Positions 1 to 13,816 of a stretch of 64,000 nucleotides of DNA are shown here, piece after piece; the first letter of the stretch is position 1, and each line of letters begins with the position of its first letter. This stretch comes from Cenococcum geophilum. Taxonomy: Eukaryota. The stretch spans positions 1,302,001 through 1,366,000 of the forward strand of contig CP158636.1 in assembly GCA_050273025.1 (NCBI GenBank), in the 5' to 3' direction. The position numbers were made by a program, and so were the translations under genes. A model generated the notes under the pieces. The model did not search any database and was not told where the DNA came from. It saw only the letters and a program-made list of their open reading frames with translations.

Positions 1-389
1 TTAGCGACAGTGCTTATAAAGAGAACTATCTGCGCATCTTTCTAAGTAAATTCCATTATAGTATTATCGTCTAATGTAGCTATATAAAGCATACCCTATA
101 GAATCTTAGAATTATAGAAGAGCTTAAGTTATATAAGCTGTGGTTTTATTCGTTTGTTATATAACTTATTATACAGCCTATCACTTTCCTCCTACTCCTT
201 ATACTTTATTTTTATTATCCTAACTATTCTAGCACCGCCAATCCCTTCCTTTTAAAGTCTTTAAAGAAGTCTAATAGAGGTAAAGAGGTTATCTAGCCAA
301 ACTACGTGCTTATTTAGAGGGTAGAGGTACTCCTTAGTATTATCGTCTACCTATATTAGTAAATTAAGCACTATTAATTCCATCTTAGT

Positions 390-810
390 TATTACGGACG
401 CTTTAAATACAATATTATAACTACTTAAAAAGGAGTTAGAAGAAGCTAGTTAGTTAATATAAGCATAGTCTAGGATAGAGCTAATAGAGCTATATAACGA
501 GGAATAGTAACTAAGGTTATATAACATAATCTATATAATCTATAGGATCTACGTAATCTGTAATAGAGTAAATAGAGTACACGTACCTTATATATAAAGG
601 GGATTTCTTAGGAGTACGGTTATATATTTAAAGGACCATAGTCCCTACCTAGATAGTTCTCTCCTTTATAGTAAATCTTAGAATATAATTAGAGTTAATC
701 TATTAGGTAACTACTCCACTAGTTATTATTATATTATTAACTTCTTGTTTACCTATATACCTAGCCTATTAATAAGTCTACTGTAGTTCCTACTATAAGG
801 CTTCGTTATA
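390..810 (+). repeat. 5' LTR of A1
   Basis: tattacggacg...cttcgttata (RIP form of TGTTAC...GTTACA); collinear with 25646-26066. Confidence 0.95.
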
Positions 811-3800
811 TATTTACTACTAAGATTATAGTATTAATAAAGTTAAATAACATGCCACTAAAAGCAGCTACTATAACGCTATTGACGGCGGTAACTACTT
901 TAAGATTAGGTAACAATACTAGTATAGTAGATACTAACTTATAGCAACCTATAACAGTTGGATAGCTATAAGAGATAGTTAACTAGCTAATAGAAAATAA
1001 TACAATGTTAGAAAATAGGATTAATGGGATAGGAGCAGTAAAAATTAAGCTACTATTAATTAAGAGGTATTTAGGAGAAAGATTAAAACTTAAAGAATTT
1101 CTTATATAAATGCACTTTAAGGTTACGTAAGAAGAAGTAAAGCTGCTAATACCTATAGATTAAATAGCATATGCGGGACTATTCCTATTAGGGAGGGTAC
1201 TTAAGTAGTTTAAGCCTTACCTTATAGAAATATAAGTAAATAGGATAATAACTACTAATTAAAAGGTGCGGTTTATATTTATAAGCTAAAAAGGGTTTAT
1301 AGAGCGACTTATATAAATATTTAGAGACCTAGAGGCAGTAACTATAACGGAAAGAAAACTCTAAGATATTATATAATAAACCTTAGTAATTAAGTATATA
1401 ACGCAGTTTTAGACGTTAGTAATATAAATAGAGTGGAATAATAAGGCGCTTATAGCATAGCATAAGTAAGGACTTAAGGCTAAAGTCTAGGATGTAATTA
1501 TTCTAATAGAAGATGCGGAAACCCTAAGGGAACTAATAGATTAAGTAATTAAGATTAATAATTGGATCTACTAAAGGAAATAGGCTAAGAGAGGCTAAGA
1601 TAGAGTTCTATAGTTATATAAGGCGTAAAGCACGCAACGACTAAAGCTAAATTAAAAACTATAGTATAGCGCAGAGCTAATAGACCTAAGTAGTACTAAA
1701 GAATTTAAAAAATAAAATAAGAAATTATAAAAACCTAGAAAATAAGGATTAAGTAATTAAAGGTCTAAAGAGCAAAGGCTAAACTGGGGATCTTAGCAAT
1801 AGAAGACGTTTAGGCAGACTTTATAGTAAGAAAAATAGTTTAAAAAAGGAGCTTATATAAATTACGAAAAATAAAGTTATTATATTAAAGACTATAAAAG
1901 TAGTTAGAGTTACTATATAGTAAAAGGAATAAGACTAATAGACAATATATATGTATAGAGGGATAATAATATACTATAAGGAACAAAAGAATATTTAATT
2001 AAAAGTTTTACGTTTTATTATAATAACGCATACCGAATTTATAAGGACGCTAAGTATAGCGTAAGCTATTAGCTATAAAAGCTATAACCTATAAAATATA
2101 GAGGAACTAATAAGCCAGTTTATAGATTAGATATTAAGGACAATAAATTTAATATAGGCGAAATATTTTATAATAATATGGCAATAAAAGTAGCTTACTA
2201 AGAGTATATAAACCTCGGAGATATTATATAAGAGGTAGAGGATAATTCCACTATAGAATAGGGAATATTAGTAGGGATTAAGACCCCACTAGATATAATG
2301 TCTATTGCTTTACAAGATATAAGAGAAGTAGGGCAGTAAACTACTTCGGCACTTAATAAAGGTAAAAGGCCAAAAGCTTAAGATTTTTAAGATAAGATGT
2401 AAGACGACTAAGATTCTTAAGATAAGATAAGATAAGCTTAAGGACCCACAACGGACGATAACTGATAGAGTAGAGTAATAGCTTAGTTTAGTAATATATA
2501 AATAAGCTTAGGACGAAGTTTCCTAAAGGTATAAGATTCTTAAGACGAGATAAGTAAGATTTAAGACTTTTAAGACGAGATAAGAATACTAGTAAAGCCT
2601 AGTTAGACTAAGGCTAGAGTAAAGCTTAAGTTAGAAGCGAGCTTAGGATTAAGAATCTTATAGGATTAAGATTTTAGCAATAGAATAAGGACCATTAAAG
2701 AAATTATAAGCAAAACTTAGCAACCGGATTAAAGTGTTAATACTAAAATTAAAAAGTAAGAAGACTTTAAGGATTTATCTATAAAACGTAAACTAAAAAA
2801 AACCATAGAAGAATTTAGATAAAGAATTATTGTGTAGTAAGAATAGAAACTAGATAAGAGATTTAGTATATTAGGACGTATAAGGGATAGAGTACCCGTA
2901 TAAAGAATTACTAATAGGCCTAGGGCAGGTATACTAAGAGCTAAGTAGCTTACTAAACTAGAGAACGAAGAGGATCTAGGAATCCCTACTAGGTTTAAAA
3001 AACGATATATAAAAGGCTGTTATAACGTAATAATAAGAAGATACTTTCTTATGGACAAGCCGTATATACTCTAGCAGCTGTACTAAAAGTAGTATAGGCA
3101 GCGATATAATAATAAGTGGGAAGATTTTTATATATAGTTAGATAAACGAGTTATTTAGGACCACCTAATTATAGAGAAGGCTATAACTTATATTAAAGGA
3201 GCCTTAATTATAACGTTAAAGGATTTAAAGGAATAATTAGAGGACTAAAGAAGTAAAAGACGCGTCTTAGTACCTATAAATAAAGTTATAATATTTAGAT
3301 TAGCATAATAGAGGTTTAAACTTAAAGATAAAAATAAGTTAAGAGTTAACCTAAAGCACCTAGTATATTATACGCTATTATAGATTGTATATATAGATAA
3401 TATATATAAAATATATAAGAATCCGAAAGAAAAGAATTGGAAATACCCTATAAGGATATATTAGGCGCCAGATAAGTAATAGTATAGGAATACTAAGTAT
3501 ATATATAAATGGCATTTAATAGAAGTTTAAGAGTTAGGAGACTTAACACTTTAACTAGAAAGATTTCTTATAGAAGAATACTTAGATAGATAATAGTGGT
3601 AGGAATGCCTAAAGAATATATATCTATAGTATATAAAGGATAAAAAGCGAACTAAGTATTAGCTAAAGAATAAGCCAAGTATAATAGGATTAAATAGCTA
3701 ATAGTTAGAAAAAGTGGAGGCCTATAAAACTAAAGGGAGCTAGTAGTAGAGCCTTAGACCCTTAAAGGAATTTAAGAATAATACCTAAATTTACGAGTTA

Positions 3801-3863
3801 AATAGTAAGATTAATAGTTTAAAGCGCTAATAGATAGTAAAGTAATATAAAACTATATCTTAC

Positions 3864-6735
3864 TGTCTGTACAAGTAGAGGTTACGTGGTCATGTCTCTG
3901 ATTAGTCATCCTTACGGTAACTCATCAGCCCCCTATTTAGGCACCGCGATCCTTATAATCCTTGGCAAAAGACACAAATAAATTAAAGAACCTATTACCT
4001 TATATTACAATTGCAGTACCCCCCCAGGTAATACCGACACTAATTAGTTAATATTATAGATTAGCTAGGTGTTATTACGAAGAAAGGCACCACGCGATCG
4101 CTCCTACCAAGGCCCGTTAACCACGTTGTGTTTGCTAAGGAGAACCCTTCCTATATAGGCCCTGGGAACTTAAAGAACCGACTCCTCTAAGGCTTCGTTC
4201 GGTTCGCGTCCATCACGCAAAATCTACTACGAGAGATAACACGCGATCGCTCCTACCAAGGCCCGTCGATCACGTCGCGTTTACTAAGAAGAACCGACTC
4301 CTCCAAGGCTTCGTTCGGTTCGCGTCCACTACGCAAAATCAATACCTAGTACGACCTCTTTACTAAGCGCCAGTACCTCTTAATACCCATCAACCGCTTG
4401 ATACGTAAGACCACGACCTACACCATGATTTACGCTAGTCAATTATGTCTGATATAGGAACCTAACATCCAAACTAGAGTAATGGAATTACCTTAACCAA
4501 CGAGACTACCGCAGAAGACATTACCAACTATATTAACTTTAAAATTAATAAGTATACTAAATACAACTTTAAAGATAAAAGCCTATGGGAATTATACCAA
4601 GAGGACTTTAATAATTTTGAGGTATAGATATTTAAAGACGCTAATAGGCCTGCACTTATGGGACTTAAATAACTACTCTAACGTAACAGAGTATAGGTCT
4701 TTAATAAGAAGAGCAAGTTAGTACTATAAGCACTGTATAATATTGCCCACGAAGACAACCCTACGGAATGGTTAGATGTAGAAATTAAGCTATACATTAA
4801 TAATAAAGGATGCTTTAATTCGTATGTTATTAACCGCCGTCTTAAATTACGTTTATTAACTCCCTTAATGGCACCTACCCCGACCCCAGCTGTCTTGAAT
4901 GACCTCCCTACGGCCGAGCCTCCCTTACCTATAAACGTCACGGCTCCCCCTATAGACGTCACGGCCCCCTCTATAAACGTTATAGCTCCTTCTATAAAAG
5001 CTAAAGCCACCACCTATAGTAGAGACTTAGCAACCTTGGCAAAGATGTATATAAAGGAAAGTAAGTATAGCGAAGAGGATAATAACTTTAACCGTAAGCT
5101 TATGATTTTTAATAACCTTTATAATAGGGTTAATATACTATAAGAGGCAAAGATTAAAGGCTTTTCGACGATGCTATAGGGTATTACTTTTAACTTCTAC
5201 TATAAAAATAAGGCAACCTATACTACCTTTAATAGCATCTATAATGCTATATGTAACTACTTTGAAGGACTAGAATATAAGTATAGAATCTTAGTAAAAT
5301 AGAACACTATAACCTTAAAGACTGTAATAATAAAAAATGAAGGCAAGTCTATAGGGGACTGCCTATAGCTACTGCTTAACGACCTCTGTTATTTACAGTA
5401 TGGTTTTAACGCTAACCTCCGCAACAATGACTTCCTATATAATAAGCTTATTATCGCTTATTAAAACGTTACTGCTTGCTAAGCAGCTTGCTCCAACCCG
5501 CTTACTACACTTACTAGCCTTATAAACAGCCTATAATCATTAATTATTACTTATAAGAAGATTAATGGTACTATAGGATAACCTGCTAATGTGTTTTTAC
5601 AGCCTACGGAATAGCCTACGGACGTATTCTTTACTAACCGTCGCTACTACCGACTAACGTCTTAACTAAGTTTATTAAATAATCATTATAGCAATAATGC
5701 TAGGACGTGCTTTGTGTGTAAGAAAGGGGACTATTAGTTAACTAGGTATACTAAAGAAGAACGTAATAAAGCAAGAGAAGGATTTAAAAGACGTGTCTAC
5801 TAGTACCTTACGGATAATAATATTAACGACGACTTTAATAAGGATATAACGGCTATAGCATTTAATATATTAACCCCAACTGCAGTTCCTACTAGCGGTA
5901 ACTTCTTTTATAATAACTATGGTATTAAGCACTTTATAACCTTAAACGGACTAATACTAATTAAAACGGCTAAGAATATAGTCACGTCTATAAATAACGA
6001 TGCCTTTGCCTATAGCCTTACGGGTAGTATAGAGCCTAGTGGTATAAACCCTAGTAGTACGGAACCTAGTATAGTAAGGCGCGGTGATGTTAATAATAAG
6101 AGTAGCAATGATAAGGGCAAGAGCGCTACCTACCTCTATAATAATAACCCTCCCAACCTTACCGTTAATATCAACTTCCTTAACTGTTATTTCGACAACA
6201 ACGGATAGGACTTAGCCCTTTTACCTACTTCCCCTATAGTCTGCGACGACTTTTATACCTTCTAAAGCCGCCACACCTTCGGTTCTGACTTTAACTACGC
6301 TCTGTCATAGGACACCTCAGTAACACCTTGTACGCGCCTACCTGTCTCCACCGCAATATCCGAATGTTCACGATATCCGCAATATTCGCAATATCCGTAG
6401 CGATATCCGCAATATCCGTAACAATATCCGCAACGTCTGCAATATCCGTAATATTCGCAATACCCAAGACATTTGCGATTACTGCCCTAAGCACCTGTTA
6501 ACCTATATACTTCTCCTTTATACTTTTTTACCTTCTTTCCTTTTTATAAATGTCGCCAGTGTCTGTACGAGTAGAGGTTACGTGGTTATATCTCTGATTA
6601 GTCATCCTTATAGTGACTTATTAGCCCCCTATTTAGGCACCGCGATCCTTATAATCCTCGGCAAAAGACACAAATAAATTAAAGAACCTGTTACCTTATA
6701 TTGCAATTGCAGTACCCCCCTAGGTAATACCGACA
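3864..6735 (+). mobile_element. Non-autonomous (gag-only, pol-deleted) Copia LTR element of GalEa type, element B
   Basis: 176-bp LTRs TG...CA at 3864-4039 and 6560-6735; TSD CTTAC (3859-3863 / 6736-6740); CTAATTAGT directly after the 5' LTR; gag aligns by eye with the gag of Copia E (LAKMY..ESKYS...DNF..KL.IF); CFVCKKGD(C)(W)...(H) finger at ~5708; no PR/IN/RT/RH motifs found. Confidence 0.9.
4480..6290 (+). pseudogene. gag of element B (includes the 91-aa ORF 4868-5143)
   Basis: Similarity to E gag (46000-46550); TAPSINV-type 21-bp repeats at 4925-5000; RIP stops. Ends approximate. Confidence 0.75.
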
Positions 6736-9700
6736 CTTACTAATAGTAGTTAAAAGAATAGGACTACCTTATAGATAGAAGGAGTAACCTTACCTATTAG
6801 TTACAATTTTAGGAGATCTAATAGCCTATAAAGGAGGGATTATTAATCTTAAAATAGGACCTATTTAGATAACTATTAAGAGGAAATAAATTAAAATATC
6901 TTTTAATATCCTACTATTAGGACGAGATAAGGCAGTATTATGCATACCTTAGTTATAGAAATATAATCTAAAAATTAATTAGATTATAGGTTAGGTTAAT
7001 ATTAGAGATACTTAACGCCGCAAAATACAATAGTAAACTAAGTTAGTATAGTACTAAGTTAAAACGATATATAAAGAGACTAAGCGAAGCTTAAATTATA
7101 TACTAAAAAGATACTATAAGTATAGTAAAAAACTATAGAGCCTAGAAAGTAAAAAGCTGGCAGATTATATAGTATAGGACTATAAGATAGAGTTAGAACT
7201 AAGAATAAGTCTAAGGTTCTTTCTAACCTATAAGCTTACGGAAGAAGAATCTAGAGTACTTAAAGGGTTTATCTAGGAAAACTTATAAAAGGGATATATT
7301 AGACCATTATAGTCATTAGTAGGTTATCTAGTACTATTCGTACTAAAGAAAAATAGGAAACTTAGGTTATGTATTAACTATAAACAGTTAAATAGCATTA
7401 CTTAAAAGGATAGGTATCTTTTACCCTTAATTAGCGAAATCTAAGATTAGATAGGTAATGCGTAAATCTTTATAAAGATAGATCTAAGATAGGCGTACTA
7501 TTAAATTAGAATTAAGAAAGGAGACAAATAAAAGGCAGCTTTTAGATTAAGAGAAGGACTATATAAACTATTAATTATGTAATTCGGATTAATAAATATA
7601 TTAGCAACATTTTAGAAACAAATTAATAGCGTATTAGGAGAACACCTAGATAAGTTTATTATAGCATACCTTAATAATATTATTATCTACTTAATAACTA
7701 AGGAAGAGTATAGGGAACATATTAAATAAGTCTTAAAGAGACTATAAAAAGAATAAATACTAGTAGTAATTAAGAAATGCGAGTTCTTTATAAGGAAGAC
7801 CGATTTTATCGGATTTATTATTAAACTAGGTTATATTAGTATAGACCTAAAGAAGATTAAAGCTATAGTAAGTTAGTAAGAACTAGAGAATATAACGTAG
7901 TTAAGGTTATTTTTAGGGGTTTATAACTACTATAGGAGGTTTATAGTATAGTAGTTAAAAAATATTAAACTATTTACTAGGCTTATAAAGAAAGAGGAAC
8001 TATAGGCATAGGAAAATAAATAAAAGAAGTTATTTAAAGAACTTAAGAAGTTATTTACCTAGGAGCTAATCCTTAAAATCTATTAACTAGGACTAGACAC
8101 GGTTGTAAAAATAGATATATTAGACTACGTACTAGGAGTATATTTACTACAGAAGTATTAAAACGCATAGTATCCAGTATTATACTATAGTAGAAAGATA
8201 ACACTATTAGAGTTAAACTATAACGTCTATAATAAGGAGTTGTTAGGTATAGTTACAGTACTTAAGGAATAAAAAGCATTCTTATAAGGCGTAGAGAAAC
8301 TATTTATAGTTAAAATAGATTATAAGAACCTAATGGGGTTTCTAATAATAAAAGAACTTAACTAAAGGTAGGTTAAATAGGTAGAGATGCTTACAGAATA
8401 TTATTTTAAGATTTAGTATACTAAAGGAACTAAGAATGTAAGAGTAGATATACTTAGCAGAAAGGCTAAACTATAAAATAATAAGAAGCTATTAGAAGTA
8501 ATACTACGCAGAGATAAGGATAGATAGATTAGATATAACTACCCTAAACTAGTAACAACTTAAGAGGATAATAAATTAGAAAGAGTCTATAAGACACTAA
8601 AGAGCTTTTAGGTATAAAGAATTCTAAAAATATAACTAAAAGATCTATAGATAGATATATACGAAAATTAAGAAGTAAAGTATATCCTAAAGAGCATAGT
8701 AGAGCATTTTATAAAAGACTTTTGTAAGGGAATAACTTAAGGACATAATAGAGCAATAGGCTTAGTGTTAAGACTTTAAAAAGAATATATTATTAATAGA
8801 ATCTAGAATATTATAAGAAAAGTAATAAAAGAGTATTTAAATTGCTAAAGAAATAAACTAATAAGGCATAAGCCGTATAGAGGGCTATAACCTATTAAAA
8901 TACTAGAGAGACTATAGGAGGTTATATTATAGGACTTTATTATTAAGTTATTAAAGTTAAAAAAATCCTATTACCAGATAAGATTATAATATAATCTTAG
9001 TAATAGTAGATAAGCTTATAAAGTGGGAATACTTTATAGCATATATAGAAGAAATCTTAGCGGAAGATGTCGCTAGAATTTATATTAAAGAAGTATTTAT
9101 AAAATACGGAGCATTAAGTAAAATTATATTAGATAGAGATCTAAGATTTATAGCAGTATTCTAGAAGGTGTTTTTAGCGGAGTAAGGAGTTAGAGTAGTA
9201 ACTTCTACCGTATATTATCCGCAGACAGACAGTTAAACGGAAAGATTAAATTAGACGCTAGAATAGTATTTAAAATATTATATTAATTATATATAGAATA
9301 ATTAGGTATTACTATTATTAGTTATATAGTTTATATATAATATAACACTACAGGAAGAAATAGGCATATTACTATTTAAGGCAAATTACGGATATAAGCT
9401 AAGAATATTGTTATTATTATAGTAAGTAAAGAAAACAAGTAGCACAGCTAAAAAAAGGATAAAGATATTAATAAATCTTTATATAGACCTTATAGAATTA
9501 GTAAAGAAAGTATAAGAGAGAATAAAAAAGTACTATAATACTAAGAGATCTAAGGGACTAGATCTTAAGGAGGGAGATAAAGTATGGCTACTATATAAAA
9601 ATTTTAAGAGTTAACGGCTAAGTAAGAAGTTGGACTATATTAGACTAGGACCTTTTAAAATTATATAGAGAATTTTACTAATTATATTTAAGTTAAACCT

Positions 9701-12700
9701 ATTAGCTAAGATAAAGATTTACCCTATATAGTATATTGCGATACTAGAACCAATATATAGAAATATTAAGCTACTAGTCTATAAGGCAAACACGTATAGA
9801 GGATAGGAGGAAGATAAATAGTAAGTTTTAAAGATTATTAGTTATAAGGACGTTAATAATAAAATATAGTATAAGGTTAAGTAGATAGGCTATATAGAGA
9901 CTACCTAGGAACTACTAGAGAATCTAAAAAACGCTATAAGAAAGGTATAGGAGTATTAGAAGAGATTAGGTTAGGTAGTATTAATAAAAAAGGATTGCTA
10001 AAGAATAAGTCACTTAAGGGGGACCTAAGAAGAGCAGTTACTAAACTACTTAAATTTATTTCCTTCTTAGCTAGAAGAGAATCTGTTTTTTTATTACTAA
10101 GTTCCTATAAACCTTATTCTATAAGTTTCTACTCTTTAAAACGAACCTTTTTACGAACCTTCTTAAGACGGATTAACTAAGCGGATATAGTAAGGTAAGA
10201 ATTAAGGGCCCTTTACTAAGCTTTAGTAGCCTCTTATTTAGCGTTATAAGAACGATATAATTCCGCTAGAGTAATAGATAGTTTATTATCTAGCCGCGTA
10301 GTAGTAGATTAAATATAAAACCCTAAAATAAATTAGTTAAGGAACTAGACAACTATTAAAAGTAATAGGTTGTGTATATTTAGTATTAGAAATAGAGCAA
10401 ACGTTATAAAATAAATAAATATTTACTTTAGTACTGTTACGGACGCTTTAAGTACAATGTTATAACTACTTAGAGAAGAGTTAGAAGAAGCTAGTTAGTT
10501 AATATAAGTACGGTCTAGGATGGAACCCGTAGAACTATATAACGAGGAATAGTAGCTAAGGTCATATAATGTGCTACGTATTAAACAAGAGGAATAAGAG
10601 GAACTTATGTACCTTACGTATAACACGTATATTATATATAAGAAGGATTTTATAGGAGTACAGTTGTGTATTTAAGGACCCTTAGTCCCTACCTAGATAG
10701 TTCCTTCCTTATAGTGATTTTTAGAATATAATTAGAGTTAATCTGTTAGGCAACTACTCTACTAGTTATTATTACGTTGTTAACTTTCTGTATTACCTAT
10801 ATACCTAGCCTATTAACGAGCCTACCGTAGTATCTACTACAAGGTTCCGTTATATAATTACTACCACAGTTACGGTTTTAAGAAGTTAAATAATATGCCA
10901 CCAAAAGCAGCCACTATGACGCCGTTAACGGCAGCAACTACTTTAAGGTTAAGTGGAGATATAAGTATACAAGATACTAACTCGTAACTAGTTACGGTTG
11001 GATAGTTATAGGAAATTGTTAATAGGTTAAATAAGAATAACTAAATACTTAAAGAAAGACTTAATGGGATTAGAGTAGTAAAGGTTAAGTTACCTTTAAT
11101 TAAACAATTCTTAGGGGAGAGATTAAAGCTTAAAGGATTCCTAACGTAAATGTATTTTAAAGTCATATAAGAAGGGGCTAAGTTAGCCACGATAATGGAT
11201 TAGATAGCCTACGCAGGACTATTTTTATTAGGATGGGTACTTAAATGGTTTAAACCCTACTTAATAGAAATATAGACTAACGGAATAACTACTACTAATT
11301 AAGAGGTACGATTTATGTTTTTTAGCTGGGTAGGATTCGCGGAATAATTAATATAGATGTTTGGGGACCTAGAAGCAATAGTTATAGTAAAAAAAAAGCT
11401 TTAGGACCTAATATAGCGAACTTTAGTAATTAAGTACACGATATAGTTTTAAATACTTGCTATATAGGTTGAATGGAATAATAAGGCGCTTATAGTATAG
11501 TATAAATAGGGACTTAAGGCTAAAGTCTAGGACGTAATTATTTTGATAGAAGATACGGACACCCTAAGGGAATTAATAGATTAAGCGATTAAGATTAATA
11601 ATAGGATCTTCTAAAGAGAATAGGCTAAGAGAGGCTAGGATAGAGTTTTATAGTTGTATAAGATGTAGAGTATATAATGACTAAAGCTAAGTTAGAAACT
11701 ATGGTATAGCGTAAAGCTAATAGACCTAAGCGGTACTAAAGAAGCCTATAAGAGATAGAGTAAGAAACTATGGAAACCTAGAGGTTAAGGATTAAGTAAT
11801 TATAGGACTAGGGAGTATAGGCCAAACTAAGGATTTTAGTAGTAGAAGATGTTTGAGCGGACTCTATAATAAAAGTAATAGTTTAAAGATAGAGCTTATA
11901 TAAATTACGGAAAATAGAGTTATTTTGCTAGAGACTATAGAAGTGGTTAGAGTTACTACGTAGTAAAGGGAACTAGACTAGTAGTATGTAATATATACGT
12001 ATAGAGGGATAATAGTATACTGCGAGGAATAAAAGAATGTTTAATTAGAAGTTTTGCGTTTTGTTATAATAATATATACCGAATTTATAAAGACGCTAAG
12101 TATAGTGCAAGCTATTGGCTATAAGAGCTAGAGTTAAAAGGACTTAAAAGAACTATAGAGTTAGATAAAGAATAAGATCGACTTTATAAGCTAAATTAAG
12201 ATGTTATAGTAACGTGCAGATAATAATTAGCAACAATAATAATAGAGTTAGAGTACTTATTAATTAATAGCTATAAGGATAGTAAAGGAACTAATTAGGG
12301 GTATCTAAACCTTAATAACGTAATAAAAGTAGAGACTGAGACCGCTATAGAGTAAGGTTTAGTAATAGGTATTATAATACCGTTAAATACGGCATCTATT
12401 ACTTTATAAGACGGAAGGAGTAATATCTAGAGACGATTAAGTAAGTAGATAACTGCTAGTGCTAGCTTACTACTTAATAAAGGCAAAAGGCTAAAGGCTT
12501 AAGATTCTTAAGACGAGATAAGAGACGACTAAGATTCTTAAGATAAGATAAGGTATGCTTAGGGACCTATAATAAACGAAAACCGATAAAGCAGAGTAGT
12601 GGCTTAGTTTAAAAATATATAAATAAGCTTGGGATAAGTGTTCCTAATAGTATAAGATTCTTAAGACGAGATAAGTGAGATCCAGGACTTTTAAAATAAG

Positions 12701-13816
12701 ATGAGGATACTAGTAAAGCCTAGTTAAACTAAGGCTGGAGCTAAGCTTAAGTTAGAAGTAAGCTTAGGATTAAAGAATCTAAGGGATTAAGGATTTGGAG
12801 TATAAATTAGAACACCTATAATTAAGAAGTAAGGAGCTTCCTTATAGATTAGAGAATCTATAGCGTAAATAGTAATTAGACTAGGAGATAGATATATAGA
12901 CCTAGAAGACTTACTAGGCGAATATAGTATTTAACTTAAAGATTAAAAAGTTAATACGGCGATTAAGAAGTAAGAAGACTTTAAGGATCTACTTATAAGA
13001 CGCGAAAGGAAAGAAACTATAGAGGAATTTAGAGCAAGAATTACCTTATAGTAGGAAAAGAAACTAGATATAAGATCTAGTATACTAGGTTGTATAAGGG
13101 ATAGAGTACCTATATAAAGAATTATTAATAGGCCGAGAATAGGTATATTAAGAGTTAAGTGGCTTACTAAACTGAAAAATAAAGAGGATTTAGGGATTTT
13201 AACTAGGTTTAAAGAATGATATATAAAGGGCTGTTATAATATAGTAATAAGAAGATACTTCCTTACGGACAAGCCGTATACACTTTAGTAGCTGTATTAA
13301 AAGTAGTATAGACAACGATATAATGATAAGTGGGAAGATTTCTATATGTGGTTAGATAAAAAAGTTATTTAAGACTACCTAATTATGGAAAAAGCGATGA
13401 ATTATATTAAGGGAGCCTTAATTATAATATTAAAAGATCTAAAGAAACGATTAGAGGACTAGAGAAGTAAGAGACGTATCTTAGTACCTATAAATAAAGT
13501 CGCAATGTTTAGATTAGCGCGATAGAGGTTTAAACTTAAGGATAAAGATAAGTTAAGAGTTAACCTAAAACACGCGGTATACTATACGCTATTATAGATT
13601 GCATATATAGACGATATATACGAGATGTATAAAAATCCAAAGGAAAAGAATTAAAAATACTCTATAAGGATATACTGGATAATAGATAAATAATAGTATA
13701 GGAATGCTAAGTATATATACAGCTAGCATCTAGTAGAGGTCTAAGAGGAAGGAAGTTTAATACTTTAACTAGGAAGATTCCTTATAGAAGAATGCCTAAA
13801 TAGATAATAATGGTGG

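Larger units (their letters stand above)
852..9995 (+). pseudogene. A1 gag-pol, RIP-degenerate (interrupted 3864-6740 by element B inside the protease)
   Basis: ATG at 852 (MPLKAA); CCHC knuckle remnant ~1850-1895; protease LIDS ~3826; RT AYLNNII (=AYLDDII) at 7664; RNase H NYNVYNKELL ~8215; integrase YYPQTDS*TERLN ~9212; chromodomain WYKVKW.GY.ETTWE.LENLKNA ~9865-9935. Many TAA/TAG stops. Confidence 0.9.

Noticed and set aside
4678..6494. Minus-strand ORFs 4678-5013 and 6291-6494
   Set aside because: Arise from 21-bp and 9-bp tandem repeats in element B; no independent coding evidence.
9995..10180. Recurring 61-aa plus-strand ORF (also 24242-24427 and 55577-55762) as a conserved small gene
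   Set aside because: TTG start; it is the opposite-strand shadow of the antisense coiled-coil exon and recurs only because the element is repeated.
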